64,000 bases of DNA from Polymyxa betae A26-41 (lineage: Eukaryota; Protista; Endomyxa: Phytomyxea), in the NCBI GenBank assembly GCA_003693705.1, contig RBZT01000125.1:434001-498000 (forward strand). Reading direction: 5' to 3'. This document shows, in pieces, positions 49,838 to 62,460 of this stretch. Every line of letters starts with the position of its first letter. The first letter of the stretch is position 1. A model generated the notes under the pieces. That model worked only from the letters and a program-made list of their open reading frames with translations, was not told the DNA's origin and made no database searches. Both the position numbers and the translations under genes were made by a program.

Positions 49838-52800
49838 TTAAGCAGGGGCAACAGCTCCCTTAAACTTAAGTCCTTCTACAAATTTACCCATCTCAATAAC
49901 GTCGCTGATAACAACAGATGACGGGGCATCATAGTCAACGGATCGAGAGGTTGGATAATTGTCATCAGGAACAAGTTCTAGCCTGGTCGGTATCCGGAAA
50001 AGTTGCGACATTGACGGCGCTAATTCAAAACAATTCTGGAATAGGCTTCGGCGCCCGAATATATAAAGCCCTGAAATATGGATGAGAGAACGGAAATTAA
50101 CAGAGGAGACATTCAGAACCTAGTCTCGCTCGGGAAAGCGCGACGACAAGACGGCGTACATCTCGAATGTGACCAATATTACGGGTTCTGACAAGCGATA
50201 GCAATATGATATCGTTTTGCTGGCCTTGGAAGCGATCAACTGAAAAGCAGCGCAATGAATATTCAGCTTGTAAAGTGATGCGGAACTGACCAGTTGCCAC
50301 TTTATGAGGCAGACCAATATGGCGGCATCGTGCATTGAAAATGTCACGCAGCAGCTGCTTTTGGCCGTTATAAGTTGTAATTACAGATATGCGAGATGCA
50401 GGATAGCCAATAAGGCGAAGGTACATATACCTGTGTCTGATAAGACCCAAAGAAAAAGCATACAAAATCGATCACGATACAGTTGCACAACATATTCGGC
50501 CTCGCCAAGATTCTGATAGAAGTGGGGCGTTGGCTGTGATTCGCCCTGATTCATGTAATCAGGTACATCAATGAACTGATGAGTGAAACGCATCCCCGCA
50601 TTAGCAAGAAGATAATCCCCTTGCATGACCGAAGGCATATCTTTGAGATTAGGATATCGCCATTTGTACAATGATGCAATATTTGGCCGGGTTCGACCCT
50701 ATATAAGGTTAAACCGAGGAAATTTTTTTCACTATGGTATGGACCTGAAAATTTAATTCAACGAAAGGAATTCCAAGTCGAACAAAGCGTGCAAAGAGAG
50801 ACTGGTCAAGACGTGAGAATGACTGCAGCACTTGGCTTTGGACGATCGGAGGAAGCTGCCGATGATCACCGAGAAGAATAGCTCTTTTCAATAGACAACC
50901 AAATTCTTAACCTGAACTAAGCGAAAAGTAGGGCTCGATTGAACAAACCACCGACCTGGATCAGCTTTCTGTAGCAGAATCGGAATGCAAGTTTCGATGT
51001 CTAAAACTTGTCCTGCTTCTTCCATGATCATAGTGTGAAACCGGAATCTGAAGGTGTTACTTAAAACGAAACCTGGCGGAAATATTCAGTTGTCCAACCC
51101 GTTTCGGATGAAGTCTTGTCGCTTCAAGGACGCATGTGTACAGGTCATCGCTACAATTCGAGCATGCTTCATCACCAAATAGTCGGCGCGATCCGATCCT
51201 ATGAACAGCGTTCATGTAGGCACAGACAGCAGTACCAGATATCGTACCTTTTCGTAATACCTCGAACGATCTGCATTCCCGCAGCTGCATAAAGATCCTG
51301 TCAAGATGAGCAAAGCAGCGATCAGCCGTTGCAGAGTATTCAGAATCATCCTTTTCGGGGAACGTCGTGTTAGAAAAATATTGAAGAAACGGGAAAGTGG
51401 AATCCCCGGATTGAAGTTCCCTACAGAAAAAAATGAGAAAGAAAACACAGCATACTTCACTGGTCATACTTGTATTCTTTGATTTTGGGTTGAATCGTAT
51501 GCTTGTAGAACATCTCAGCAGCGTCGCAGCTAGATGCTGGCAGCATAGGTTCAACGCCTAAAGTATGAGCAAGAATTCGGACTTGATCTAACAGCATCAT
51601 CCGGCGAGCTAGCATAAAATCGATACGACCACGAGAACTGAAATCAGTCTCCACAAAGCCTGTATCCGACGATTCACGTATCTTCCGTAAGTCTTTATGA
51701 CCTTGACCTAAATCACACAATAAGTCAAATGTTCTGCAGTGTGATCGGAAAACCCCAACCCAGCCGCAGCATCAGCGAGGGATCGATATCCCGACGGCAT
51801 AGCTTATCAAACAGATCATTCAGGGCATGATTGCTATGCGTTACCAACAAAATACGCTCATGCGGATATTGATGGTGCAGGTTCACGATAATCTGCACAG
51901 CGACATCCGTCTTTCCGGTTCCGGGCGGCCCGACAATCAGCGTCAGACCGGGCTGACAGCCCGAAACGATCGCATCTAACTGCAGCCAAAGTTAATTTGA
52001 AATGAGAATGATTAGGCAATGGGGGGTACCTGATTGGGCGTGTAACGAATCGGGTTGCGCTGATTTGGGCTGTAATAAGTCATAGATGCAGACAGATACG
52101 GTTCACATCGGGCTGAGAGACGGTTGCCTTCAGCAACAGGATGGACATCCTCAGTTCTAGTAGCAGGTTCAGCACCGTCAGTATCGGTCATGGCTTCGGG
52201 TTGATCGTGGTCAGCTCGCTCGTTCTCGTCCAGGAGCCGCTCGATCAGCTCAGCTTTCCTTCCAGACGTCTCCTTGCCCTGACGCTTCAGCATCTTACGA
52301 AGCACAACAACCTGAAACGATCATGTAGGAACCCGTAAATCACATCGCCGTTTTTGTTACAGTAAGCTGCTTTAATTCATCGCGAGTATGACTCGGTTGA
52401 GAAGACGATTCTGGATCCGGCTTTTCAGTATCGGTTTTGGAGCCTTCTGCGTCATCGGTATGGACCGCCTCAGTCCCGTCGTCAGCGATTTGGGCTTGAG
52501 CCGAGTCGATCTTGATATTTTTTGGAATGTGTAAGCGATACGGAGGACCGTGACAGTCCTTGACGTCAATGTTTAGCTGAGGGAAACATTCCACAAGATG
52601 TTGCTCATCGAGGCAAGTATCATGCAGATTGAGGCACTGCAGGGAATTCGGCAGATTCCAATAGCATGCCTGATCTGGAGCTCCATATCCCAGAAACACC
52701 TAATAATATTTCATAAAAGGAAAAATTAAGACCCCCCCCCCCATAGCGATTACTTCTTTAAGCCAATCAGGAACGTCCAGATCCAGTTGCATCATATCGC

Positions 52801-55276
52801 GGATCGATTGCAGAACCGCCTTGAAGTTATTCTCCTTCGGCTTTCTTCGAAGCAGCAAGTTCAGCGATGTGTAGACAGCCGATGCAACATCGTTAATCTA
52901 CGAACCAATTAAGCAGAATCGTAGTTAACAAGAACATTGAAGTACTTCGCCATCGCTCATTGAATGGAGGGCGGCATCGCGATCAATCGCAAATTGAGCC
53001 GGGTCGAATGCTACTGTCAAAACCCGCTGTGTGCCGATGTATTCCTTATTGTTGGCATCGATAACACGACCGTTAACATCCTGAACAGAGATGATTTCGC
53101 AACCGCGTATATATTTGACAACCGAGGAGATGCCGGCCTGTCATCACATAAGAAAAAGCGATCAAAACAGGCTCAGTTATGATACAATATCGTAGAAAAC
53201 AATACTCTTCTTGGCATCTTTGGCGTTCACTCCAGAAATCTCAATATCCGAATATTCTCTTGCAGTCACCTAAAGACCAATTCAGGTAACCGTCGACTCA
53301 TTTGTTGAATTTGCTACATTGAGCATAAACAAGGCATCATGCTCTTTAAGTTCCTCCCATTCCTGACGAACTGCACCAGAAAACGGTTGTAGATTGATTC
53401 GGATATCTAAAACTTATTGAGTCGGAGAGCTGATTCTGAACCAGTCAGATACTGACCTGCCAGAACGCAGGATGGTTTCTGCTCGCCAACCCGATTACGG
53501 CCGATCTGTTTGATCTTGATAGAGTCAACAGGGACTGCCATACGGCTCCAACCAGTAAAGATCGTCTCGCTCGTCTCTGTATGTAATCGCGGTTCAAGAC
53601 GCGAAACAGCCATACAGATATCCTGAACATTAGATGCCAAGATCAGAGTTCGATATCCAGCGAAGCAATAACCAGGGCGACCTGGCGAATCTGATGAGTC
53701 GATTCTAAACGATAAAGATGGAAGTTTCGCAATAGATAATCGTGAAGCGATAAGAATTGCAGATTGAGCTTCGGTAAAGGAAGCGACGTCTCGCCCTGAT
53801 ACTGTTCTAGATCGCCATGAGAACAGCATCTCTCGACAGAAAAGCTCAGACGATACCTTCTGGGATCAAATTCGTGTCGAAAACGATCGACTCCGTTGGG
53901 TAGAGTGGAAGAGCAGAGATCTCTTGGCGCCTCGATCTCCGCTTGCAGACGTAATGGACGAGAATCTGTTCGACCAGCTCACGACTGATACGGAAATCTG
54001 GGCCCCATTCCGGGTCGATCAATTCCAGACGGGTAGCGAGTGATGACAGATCGGGATCAGACCACGACCTCACCGTGTTGATGAACGAGTCGGCGCTATC
54101 GATAGAGCAGACCGAAGCCAACGCCAACGATAACCTGCACGATTGTAAACAGCAGATTGAGAACAATTCGGGTATACTGACCCTGATTCGCGGAAATATT
54201 TGAAGACAATATGCTGCAAGATCTGAACGCGATCGTATCGCTGACGTTCTACAGCGCCATCAGTTAATGCCACACCGGTGCGATCATCGATCTCGAAATT
54301 GAGATAATACTCGAGCAAGTCCAACATTTGCTGACAGAGACGGGATTTTGGCAGGGCTAGAATTTGGCGAATCAAATTATGTGGTGAAGCAAAGGCGGGC
54401 AGGTACCTTTACTAAGACGAGCACGTTCGATCAGGTGCGATGCCACAATAATGGGGCGTGTGAAACGTCGTGTTGGGACCAGGGCGATCAAATCGATGAA
54501 AAACTCGAAAAAGCGAGAGAAATACACATCGTCAATCTGATCATCGTCTTGTAGAATGCGAAGGGCGTCGTCGATCAGATCCCAAAGCAAGTTCGCTTCC
54601 GGAGACTCAGCATCGATTTTCATGGCTTGATAGCTATCGGAGAGGTCCTGATAATCGCGAAGAATACGCTGACGCATGCGAGGCGGCAGACGGGTCCATA
54701 AAGGCACCGATGCATATTGCAGAGTAACATTACGAACATGGGTGTTCTCAAGTGATCGAAATGCAGCAATTAAGAACGTGATAAATATGCTTCTTTCAAT
54801 GTCGGATAGATTTTGGAATGACAATGTGAAACACGATTTTAGAAGGGCAGAGAACGCCTCCGGCTCGGTTTCAAAACAGCCTAATTCGGCAATTCAAAAT
54901 CGATATAAATTCTGAAAGGTCGAAGTCGTACCCCAAATGGAGACGTTCTGTCTCGATTTCTGATTGACGAGCGCCATGATTGATAGAAGAACAGTGCTGG
55001 ACGAAGAGCGATCATGTTGAAAGAATTTCCAGAGATAACTGCAAATGGGTTCTCAGAAACGACCAATACAAAAGTGGAAACGAAAGCGAACTTTTCAAGA
55101 TAGGAGCTGATCTCGAGAATCGAGATGGCAGTTGGATCGTCGGCGCCGTGGATATAATCGTGGTAGATCTGGTCCACCAGCTTCACATCGAACGAGATCT
55201 CGGTATTAGCCGCCCAGCGTCGATTGGCCAGTCGGGTGACGGGATGTGTCAGGAGATCTGACACCAGGATCGTCAT
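49838..55276 (-). CDS. AQR: RNA helicase Aquarius (intron-binding protein IBP160)
   Basis: [115 protein letters not shown]. Confidence 0.96.
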
Positions 55277-56675
55277 GGTCGAAGCGGCGACCGCACCACG
55301 ACGGCTGTCGATGTCGAACGAAATCAATGTCCGCCACGGTGTGTCTTTGCCTTTTTAGTTTTTATGAACCTGAGCAGCTGGTTATGAGAAAGATATTGTG
55401 ATAGTGAAACCAGTCATCTCAGCTTGACAACTGACAATAAAGTCCAATGACAGTGACGAATTCTACGGAAAGAGATCAAGTGTCAATGATGAAATGGGAA
55501 GATGCAGTAATCTGTGATGATATTACCAGCATTGAGATTGATTCCATATCAGCCTAACCTGATACATAACGCTGCACATTTATGTTAACCAACATGGAAA
55601 AAACCAAAGTGAAACGCCCTGTAACAATTTGAGCTTCCGGCGTGGGAGACGAGAAAAAACTGTTATACATCACCACAATTGGGTTTATTCAAGAAATCTT
55701 AGTTGTTCATTTCTATTCGTGACACTTGGGCAAGCTGTTCCCGATAAGCAAAACACGGATGTCTGGGCTAGGGTCTCAAAAATAACAATTGCGATTGCAT
55801 CGTGGTTGAGAAATTCGCGATTCTAAGCAAGTAGTTTCCGGTAAGTCGAATCAGACCGATTCTTTGCTGATGCTCTGTGTATCGGCTCACAAATTCCTGG
55901 CTACAGGAAAACTGGGAACATCGAAACTATCACGTAACGATTCGGGTATACTATATGAGTGCCTTCAGGCGTTGCGTCTGTGTGTTGAAGAGTTAAGCTC
56001 CTGTGGCGGCATTGTATGCCGAAGCAAAGCCCCTTCTGTAGGAATTCGGGTCTTGCAGTACGGGCTGGATCGTGGCCAACTGCAGACGTTTCCGTACACG
56101 GCGTGTACACCATCTTCATAATGGGACAAAGACTCGACCCGTCTTTCACAGTATCTGGATCTCTTGGCCCGTTTTGGATAATGCAATCTCGAAAGGATTC
56201 GAAAGAACACAATTCCTACCCTGTTCAATCGCTACTCTTGCAGTCTGCTGGCACCGAAAAAAATTCGAATTAATGATCTCAGATCGATGCCGAATACGCA
56301 CAGCTTGGATTGCTGTCGGCATCTGCTGCTAAAAATATGCTGAACAGACCCAATGCATTAAAAGGATGGCATTAATAAACCAGCCACCCATCTTTCAACT
56401 CTTTGTTACCGGAATCGACCCAGATCACCATGTAAGGCGCCCACGCCGCCGCTCCCAGCCATGGACGCCGGACCTGACGCCCGTCCGTCCTTCCCAAAGA
56501 GTGCTCAATGGAATCTTAGTAACAAATATTCGAGAATGAACTGATGATGGAACGCGGCCTTTGCCTTCAGGGCAACAATGTTTTAATCAGCTGTGTCCCA
56601 TGATGGCAGGCCTTCTGTATGACTGTCTCACCATTATCAGTCGTCGTGGCCTTGGAGGCGTTCTAGAGGTGGAAT

Positions 56676-57644
56676 ATGTCAGCAGAATCGATCAGCCCAC
56701 AGAATGGCAGGAATTACCATCGCGTTGCTGGTCGCTGGAGTTGAGTATGTGAGTAGGACAAAGACGATCAGGGGCGGTCAAGCGGATCATGCAGGAGCTG
56801 AGAGAACTGCAGGAGAACCAATCCAGCGATTTCCAAGCGTGCCCGCTCGAAGACAACCTATTCGAATGGCATTTCACGATTCGAGGGCCTGCTGAGACTG
56901 AATTTCAGGGCGGGGTATATCATGGAAGACTTATGCTGTAGAGACGTTCTACATAAAGAGGTTGATCTAACGATTTTGTAGACCTAGCGGCTATCCATTC
57001 CATCCGCCTGATTTAATGTTGTTAACTGTGAGTGCGATATAATTGTGATTCAAGAATAACTGAATCGATTGGCAGCCTTCTGGACGATTCGAAGTCGGCA
57101 AGAAGATATGCCTAAGGTTGGTGACAGGATCCTCAATGGTTAAACTGCTCTGAGTATTGATAGCATTTCTGGTTATCATCCTGAATACTGGCAGGTATGA
57201 CTTGCCATACTTTATTTGAAGTAGCTGATCGTTGATTCTCGCAAGCCTTCGTGGAGCATCCGCACCGTTTTAGTGGCTCTGATTGCTTTTATGCCAACCG
57301 ATCCTCAAGGCGCGATAGGATCGCTGAACTATAGCCCAGAAGAAAGGCGCGCTCTGGCAAGAGAAAGCGTCTCATGGACATGCCAAGGATGTGGCTCATC
57401 GAATGCAGAATGTTTCGGATCAAGCGAACTAACGCCACAGATAACAACCGATACAAACGATGTCCCGGTATCGAACCCACCCGAGAACATCCACCCAGAC
57501 CAAAACGTTGAAGAAATTCTAAGCACAGAAATCGTGGACATCAAACGGGATGCGTCAAGCGGAGATGTAATTTGGACTTCTGTTATCGTGGCATTAGTAG
57601 CAGCCATATTCGCGATTCTGATTAAGAAAGCGATCTCAACCTAA
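56676..57644 (+). CDS. UBE2J1: Tail-anchored ubiquitin-conjugating enzyme E2 J1 (Ubc6 class)
   Basis: AVKRIMQEL, LEDNLFEWHFTIRGP, catalytic KKICLSISGYHPEYWQPSWS, GAIGSLNYS..RRALA and a C-terminal TM helix. First-exon boundary uncertain. Confidence 0.92.
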
Positions 57645-57703
57645 AACAGCAATGTAAAAACATATCAAATGAAATTAAATGTATGATGCAGAGAGCTGGA
57701 GTT

Positions 57704-58942
57704 TTAAGAACTGGTTTGTACAGGAATATCGGTTGCCTCAGGCATTCCAAGTCCAACATGTTTAGCAACACCTTCACATAACTTCTTGTTATCACGATTA
57801 TTTCCCCAGCCATATTCTCTTAATAATCCCTGTTCAGAGGTCGTCACCTAATGACTGCAATAGGAATGTGACGCAGACCTCGTGGGCGAATGTCTTCTCC
57901 AGCGTATCTGCAAAGTTGCTGTCAACCAGCTGTTGGCATTGCTGTACTTGTTGGAGCCAGGCTGTCGTTGCCGCCTTGATCGTAGGAGTGGCTTGCTCGG
58001 CCTGGCAGCGAAGAACCAAACGAGAAATGGTAGACAGTGTCATGATGCTGTTTTTGCGTTATGCTCTAAACCTCTCTAACACACAGCGTGATCATCTTAT
58101 TGCAATTTGCTATTTATTTATTCACCAATTCGCAAGACTTAACACAATCCAGTTGTTTGATTTTACATTGAACTTGACTAGAGTCGATTTTGCTGGGAAA
58201 TCGACAAAGGGCACGAACGCAATCGGAAGCAATTTGACGGAAACTGATCCACTGAATACTGTTATTTAACTCTGCAGAACCGTTGATTGCCTGCTTAAGA
58301 CTGACAAGATCGACACCTGGATTAAATCGGAGATCGAACAACGCACAAAAGCTGTCTGATAATTCCAGCAGCTTTTTCGTGCGTTTTTGCGAAAGCGTCA
58401 ACGTCGATTCGGAAATCAATCTCAGATCCATTTCAAGCGACATAAGCTGCTTCAGGAAACCGACATTTGGATTGACGAAATGGCGCTTTGATAATATGTC
58501 GCTAAAAATGTCGTTAAGGGTGCGGGTCGTTGACCTTAAAAGATACGCCATGCAAACGGTGGGAGACCGAGATGCCCCTGCAACACAATGGACAAGGACG
58601 CCATGGCCCCGTTCACGAGCCTCGTCAATCAACCGATACGTTTGATCAAAGCTTTTGCTGATAGTCTCGCTGGCTGTATCTAATAAAGACAATTCTATGA
58701 CATTGAACTCTCCAGGGCATTTTACAGCCAGTTTCGATTTACACTCGATGGCACAGTTAATAATTGTCTGAGAATAATTGATTAAAAATGAAACAAAAAG
58801 AATATATTTAAACGGTTACTCTGATTTTGTAATGGCGAAGAGCTTTGACTTGCTTGGCATCTTGTTGATTGCCAAGGTACAATAGAGAGGGAATCAGTTC
58901 AGTCGCTCGCCATAACGAAGGCCCAGCTCCTTCCGACGACAT
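57704..58942 (-). CDS. Dual-specificity protein phosphatase with helical C-terminal extension
   Basis: LIPSLLYLG, VLVHCVAGASRSPT (HCX5R), AYLL, VNPNVGFLKQL. Confidence 0.9.
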
Positions 58943-59149
58943 GTTCTCTAATCGAATGGCCGAGGTTAGCGCGAGAGCCGGCCAACAACAGGTAGCTGTA
59001 CGATCGAACGACGCCAAGTACGGTAGCGTTTGGTCACACCGCGAGCAGCAGAGTGACAAACGAATCGTTTCCCCCCATGATCAAAGTTCGGAGTTTCGAT
59101 CAAACAGTCGTAAAGCGACTAAACTAGCTATTATCTGATCGATAATTGA

Positions 59150-60732
59150 ATATGGAGTTGGTTGGAAGGCGGTATAGAGACCCCAGCACCCACCCCATGA
59201 CCCCATGACCCCATGATGACCTGCCTGAGGGTGGAGCGGCCATCCCTCTTTGACCTATTGCGTTTATAGCTTCAGGTTTCGTGATCTTTCCAACTACTTG
59301 GCCTGGTCTAATTCTTATTAACTGCATCGGCTTCATCCAGGGCTGATAATACTGTGAGGTACCTGTTATCGATGACCCTGTCGGATATGTCAGTGAGAGA
59401 TATTTGTATTTTGGACATTGTGGTTGGTCGCTTAATGCGGTTGGCCTGGAAGCTCGACTTGCCAGACGCGCTGCACCACGAATTGGGCGTCTTGTATTGG
59501 TGCTCCGAAATGTATGCATTCTTGTACGAGGCTGTTAAACAGGACGCAGGTTGGGATCCGATACAGGGCGGGAGTTTGTAACCATTTCTTGACGGATGTC
59601 CTTACGACCTGATCCCAAACAGAGAATATATCACAATCGAAAAGAGAAATCCCCAAAATTGGAGGATATAATGGCGTTGTGCAGACCGTTCTACTTGAAC
59701 TTCGCTGGCGTTGTTGACGTCCCAAGAATTTGGTGATGACAAAGGGTGGCGGTGAGAGTAAGGGCTGAGGAATGTTCTCGTACCGATTCATTGTCATATG
59801 AACGGCCGATCCCTCCATCAAACACGTTCAAGGTCCGATCACGGCCGACCTCTTTGCTCAATCTATTTGTCTCCATAAGTTTGCTGGTGGTTAACCTGAG
59901 ATGCTAGAAATCGTCATGGATATATATGATCATACAAGCATTATCTTATCATGGTTCAATTAGACATCTAAACCGAAAGAGAGGATTCAAACCCTTAACT
60001 AATTTCAGTAATCGTGCATTCACCTTTTGCAGTAGGGTAGTCCGTAGCTTAGTTGTCAATCGTTTGATGTGAGCCCTGCTTCAGTTACCGACCGTTGATT
60101 AATACGAAAGAGAATGGCATTCATCTTCAATTACCCTTCCGGCAAATGCACGAAGTAAATCTCAGCATGTAAACTGAATTTCTTCGACCAAATGCCCAAC
60201 TGAAGCATCAGACCTTCGCAGACATTTTCAAAAATGATTTGATTCTGATTAGCACATTTTAGTACCTGCAGTTTCAGGTTGTTTGTCTCCAGCCAGAACA
60301 GCCATTATACGACTGAACATGGTGAATCAGCCATCGCGAGCCCGGATTAATGCTGTCTGCCGATTCCCTACTATTGTCGTGATGGCTGTCTAATTCTGAA
60401 TCTAGGGCCATAATAAGGTAGCTAAAGTTCGGTCAGCATTCGAAGAGTTTTCGATAGTGTTGTCCGGCATTGCTCAAGAAATACAGCATCGAACATTGTC
60501 AATATAATTCTGCCAAACAAGAGTAGCTGGAAAACTACATACACAAATCGCTGATGAACAACGCAAATTTGAAGCTCTGTTATCAATCAGGAAATTCGCC
60601 TCTACTTCGGGCAACAACATTCCATACTCCTAATGTCTATTCCTCGTTTTTTTATTTCTAGCATTGAATTGCTTAATACCGCAGAGAAATTCCAGACAGA
60701 ACACGTTGCTGTAGCGGAAATGATTGGTGAAT
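59150..60732 (+). pseudogene. Possible decayed multi-exon gene
   Basis: Coding-like fragments flanked by splice-like signals but interrupted by in-frame stops (VPRIW**QRV near 59715; RTLSI*FCQ near 60505). No family recognised. Confidence 0.25.
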
Positions 60733-60879
60733 AGATTGTCATTTCCAATCTATTGAATGCTGGAAGTTCAGACTCTCAATTGATTCATCTCTCCGACAGT
60801 TCGTACGGACCAACCAATGCAAATTGTAGCCTAATGCGGTCATATAATCACAACTACAATTAGGTTCGTATTCATACTA

Positions 60880-61608
60880 ATGCCAACCCAATTAGTCTAT
60901 CGAGTCGAAAAAGCGAAATCCTCCAGATCCAAATGCAAGGTTGGTGAAACCAGATCCGGTTTCCGGCGGAAATATTCACCTGAACCAGGGTGCGTGTAAA
61001 CAAGCAATTCCTCGAGACGCCTTGCGATTTGGATCCGTTGGCGATGCATTGCATGGGACCTATGTCTGGCGCTGCATGGATTGTTTAACAAGTCAGCAAG
61101 TTGTATCAGCTGAAAGTGTAAGCACACGTCTTGTATGAGGAACGAGACTCGAAGTATTGTCTAGGTTCATGGATCTATAGATAAAATTCCAGGTCTTGAC
61201 GAACTGCCTGAAGGCGACCGTATAACGTATTCGATAACCTTGTCCATGAACGAAAAATGAAGTAACAAGTACATTAGGGCCATCGACAGGATAAATACTT
61301 GCAAACAAACTGGCGAAGAAGCTGGAAATAGAGTGAAGGGTAAAGATAGGACCACAGAAAAAGAAAATATCAAGCCGATGGAAGGTGAAGGCATCGAAGA
61401 ACGTTCTGTCCATCTAGCAAAACCGAAAGGCAAAAGTGTCGCAGGAAAGCGTAAAAAGGCGGAGGCAGAACGAGGCGATACAGGAACCGATTCGGAAGGC
61501 GGCGTTCATGCAGAGGAAGGAGGTGAAGTCAGTGGACATGAAGAAGTTGAAGGGCGTCGTGCTTCGTCTGAAGAAGTGCCTGCTAAGAAGGCTGCCGTAC
61601 AGGTTTAA
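60880..61608 (+). CDS. Stand-alone PARP-type zinc finger protein with charged low-complexity tail
   Basis: Spliced YRVEKAKSSRSKCKGACKQAIPRDALRFG..WRCMDCLT..IPGLDELPEGD, then a K/E-rich tail. Confidence 0.8.
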
Positions 61609-61777
61609 ATTTAAAGGTTGCTGAACGTTACTGGTAATACTAAAGTTATTGGTCTACAACTAAACGCGTGCTTTCTCGGTTGATGTAAGAACAGAAGTCG
61701 TCGCAGCTTTGACTGCTACGTGCAAACCCATCAGATACTTATTCAATTCAACAATTGAAGCTGTTATCATCAATTGC

Positions 61778-61861
61778 GCATTTGTGGCCGAGCGGTCCAA
61801 GGCGTCCGACTCAAGTTCGGATCCTCGTCAGAGGGCGTGGGTTCAAATCCCATCGAATGCA
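61778..61861 (+). tRNA. tRNA-Leu (anticodon CAA), intronless, long variable arm
   Basis: Acceptor stem GCATTTG/CGAATGC; D arm TGGCCGAGCGGTCCAAGG; anticodon arm TCCGA-CTCAAGT-TCGGA; T arm GGTTCAAATCC. Confidence 0.97.
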
Positions 61862-61863
61862 TG

Positions 61864-61868
61864 TTTTT
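61864..61868 (+). terminator. RNA polymerase III terminator (T5)
   Basis: TTTTT begins 3 nt after the tRNA discriminator base. Confidence 0.7.
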
Positions 61869-62460
61869 GATTTCGTTGGCTTGCAGCAATTGGTTTTGTA
61901 TTCTATGGTGGCGCCTACCAGTCAGGTCTAGTCTCGCTACCTGTATGATAGCCTTGCATCTGGGGCTACCATATGACACATCCTCTTATTTTCGATAATG
62001 AGGGTGGTCGGGTCCCACCATGCGCCATTCTGCTGCATGAAACGTAATATCAATTATGAGGCAGTGTAATCCTCGAAGCATTCTGTTCTGTCTTGTCTCT
62101 TTCATCTCATGGTTCCGATCCTCGACGTCTTGAACGTGCTGCTGTCGCCGTGTGAACTCCTCCGAGTCACTCATTGGTGCAGGCGCAGGCTTACATCCGC
62201 TGTCGGTCGTATCTCTGGAGTTTACTTCGCGTTCTCCCCTGGTTCTATGTCAGACAGGATAGATTAACACCGCCTGTATTGGGGACTTTTGCCCAGCTGT
62301 GTTCTCTGCTTGGCAGATGGTTCTGGAACGTGCTCGCATTCCTCATGCAACGATTCCCGCGTCCACGTCCGTCATGTCACCAAGCGCTTCTAGAATTTGT
62401 GTCCTATGATAGACTATCGAGAAATCAAATGGCCATCATTGCTATATCGTTCTCGGTTCT

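Noticed and set aside
55629-56332. Cluster of short overlapping ORFs between AQR and UBE2J1
   Set aside because: No recognisable motif or consistent splice model; cannot support a gene call.
61770-61998. Short ORFs on both strands over the tRNA
   Set aside because: Explained by the tRNA-Leu gene.
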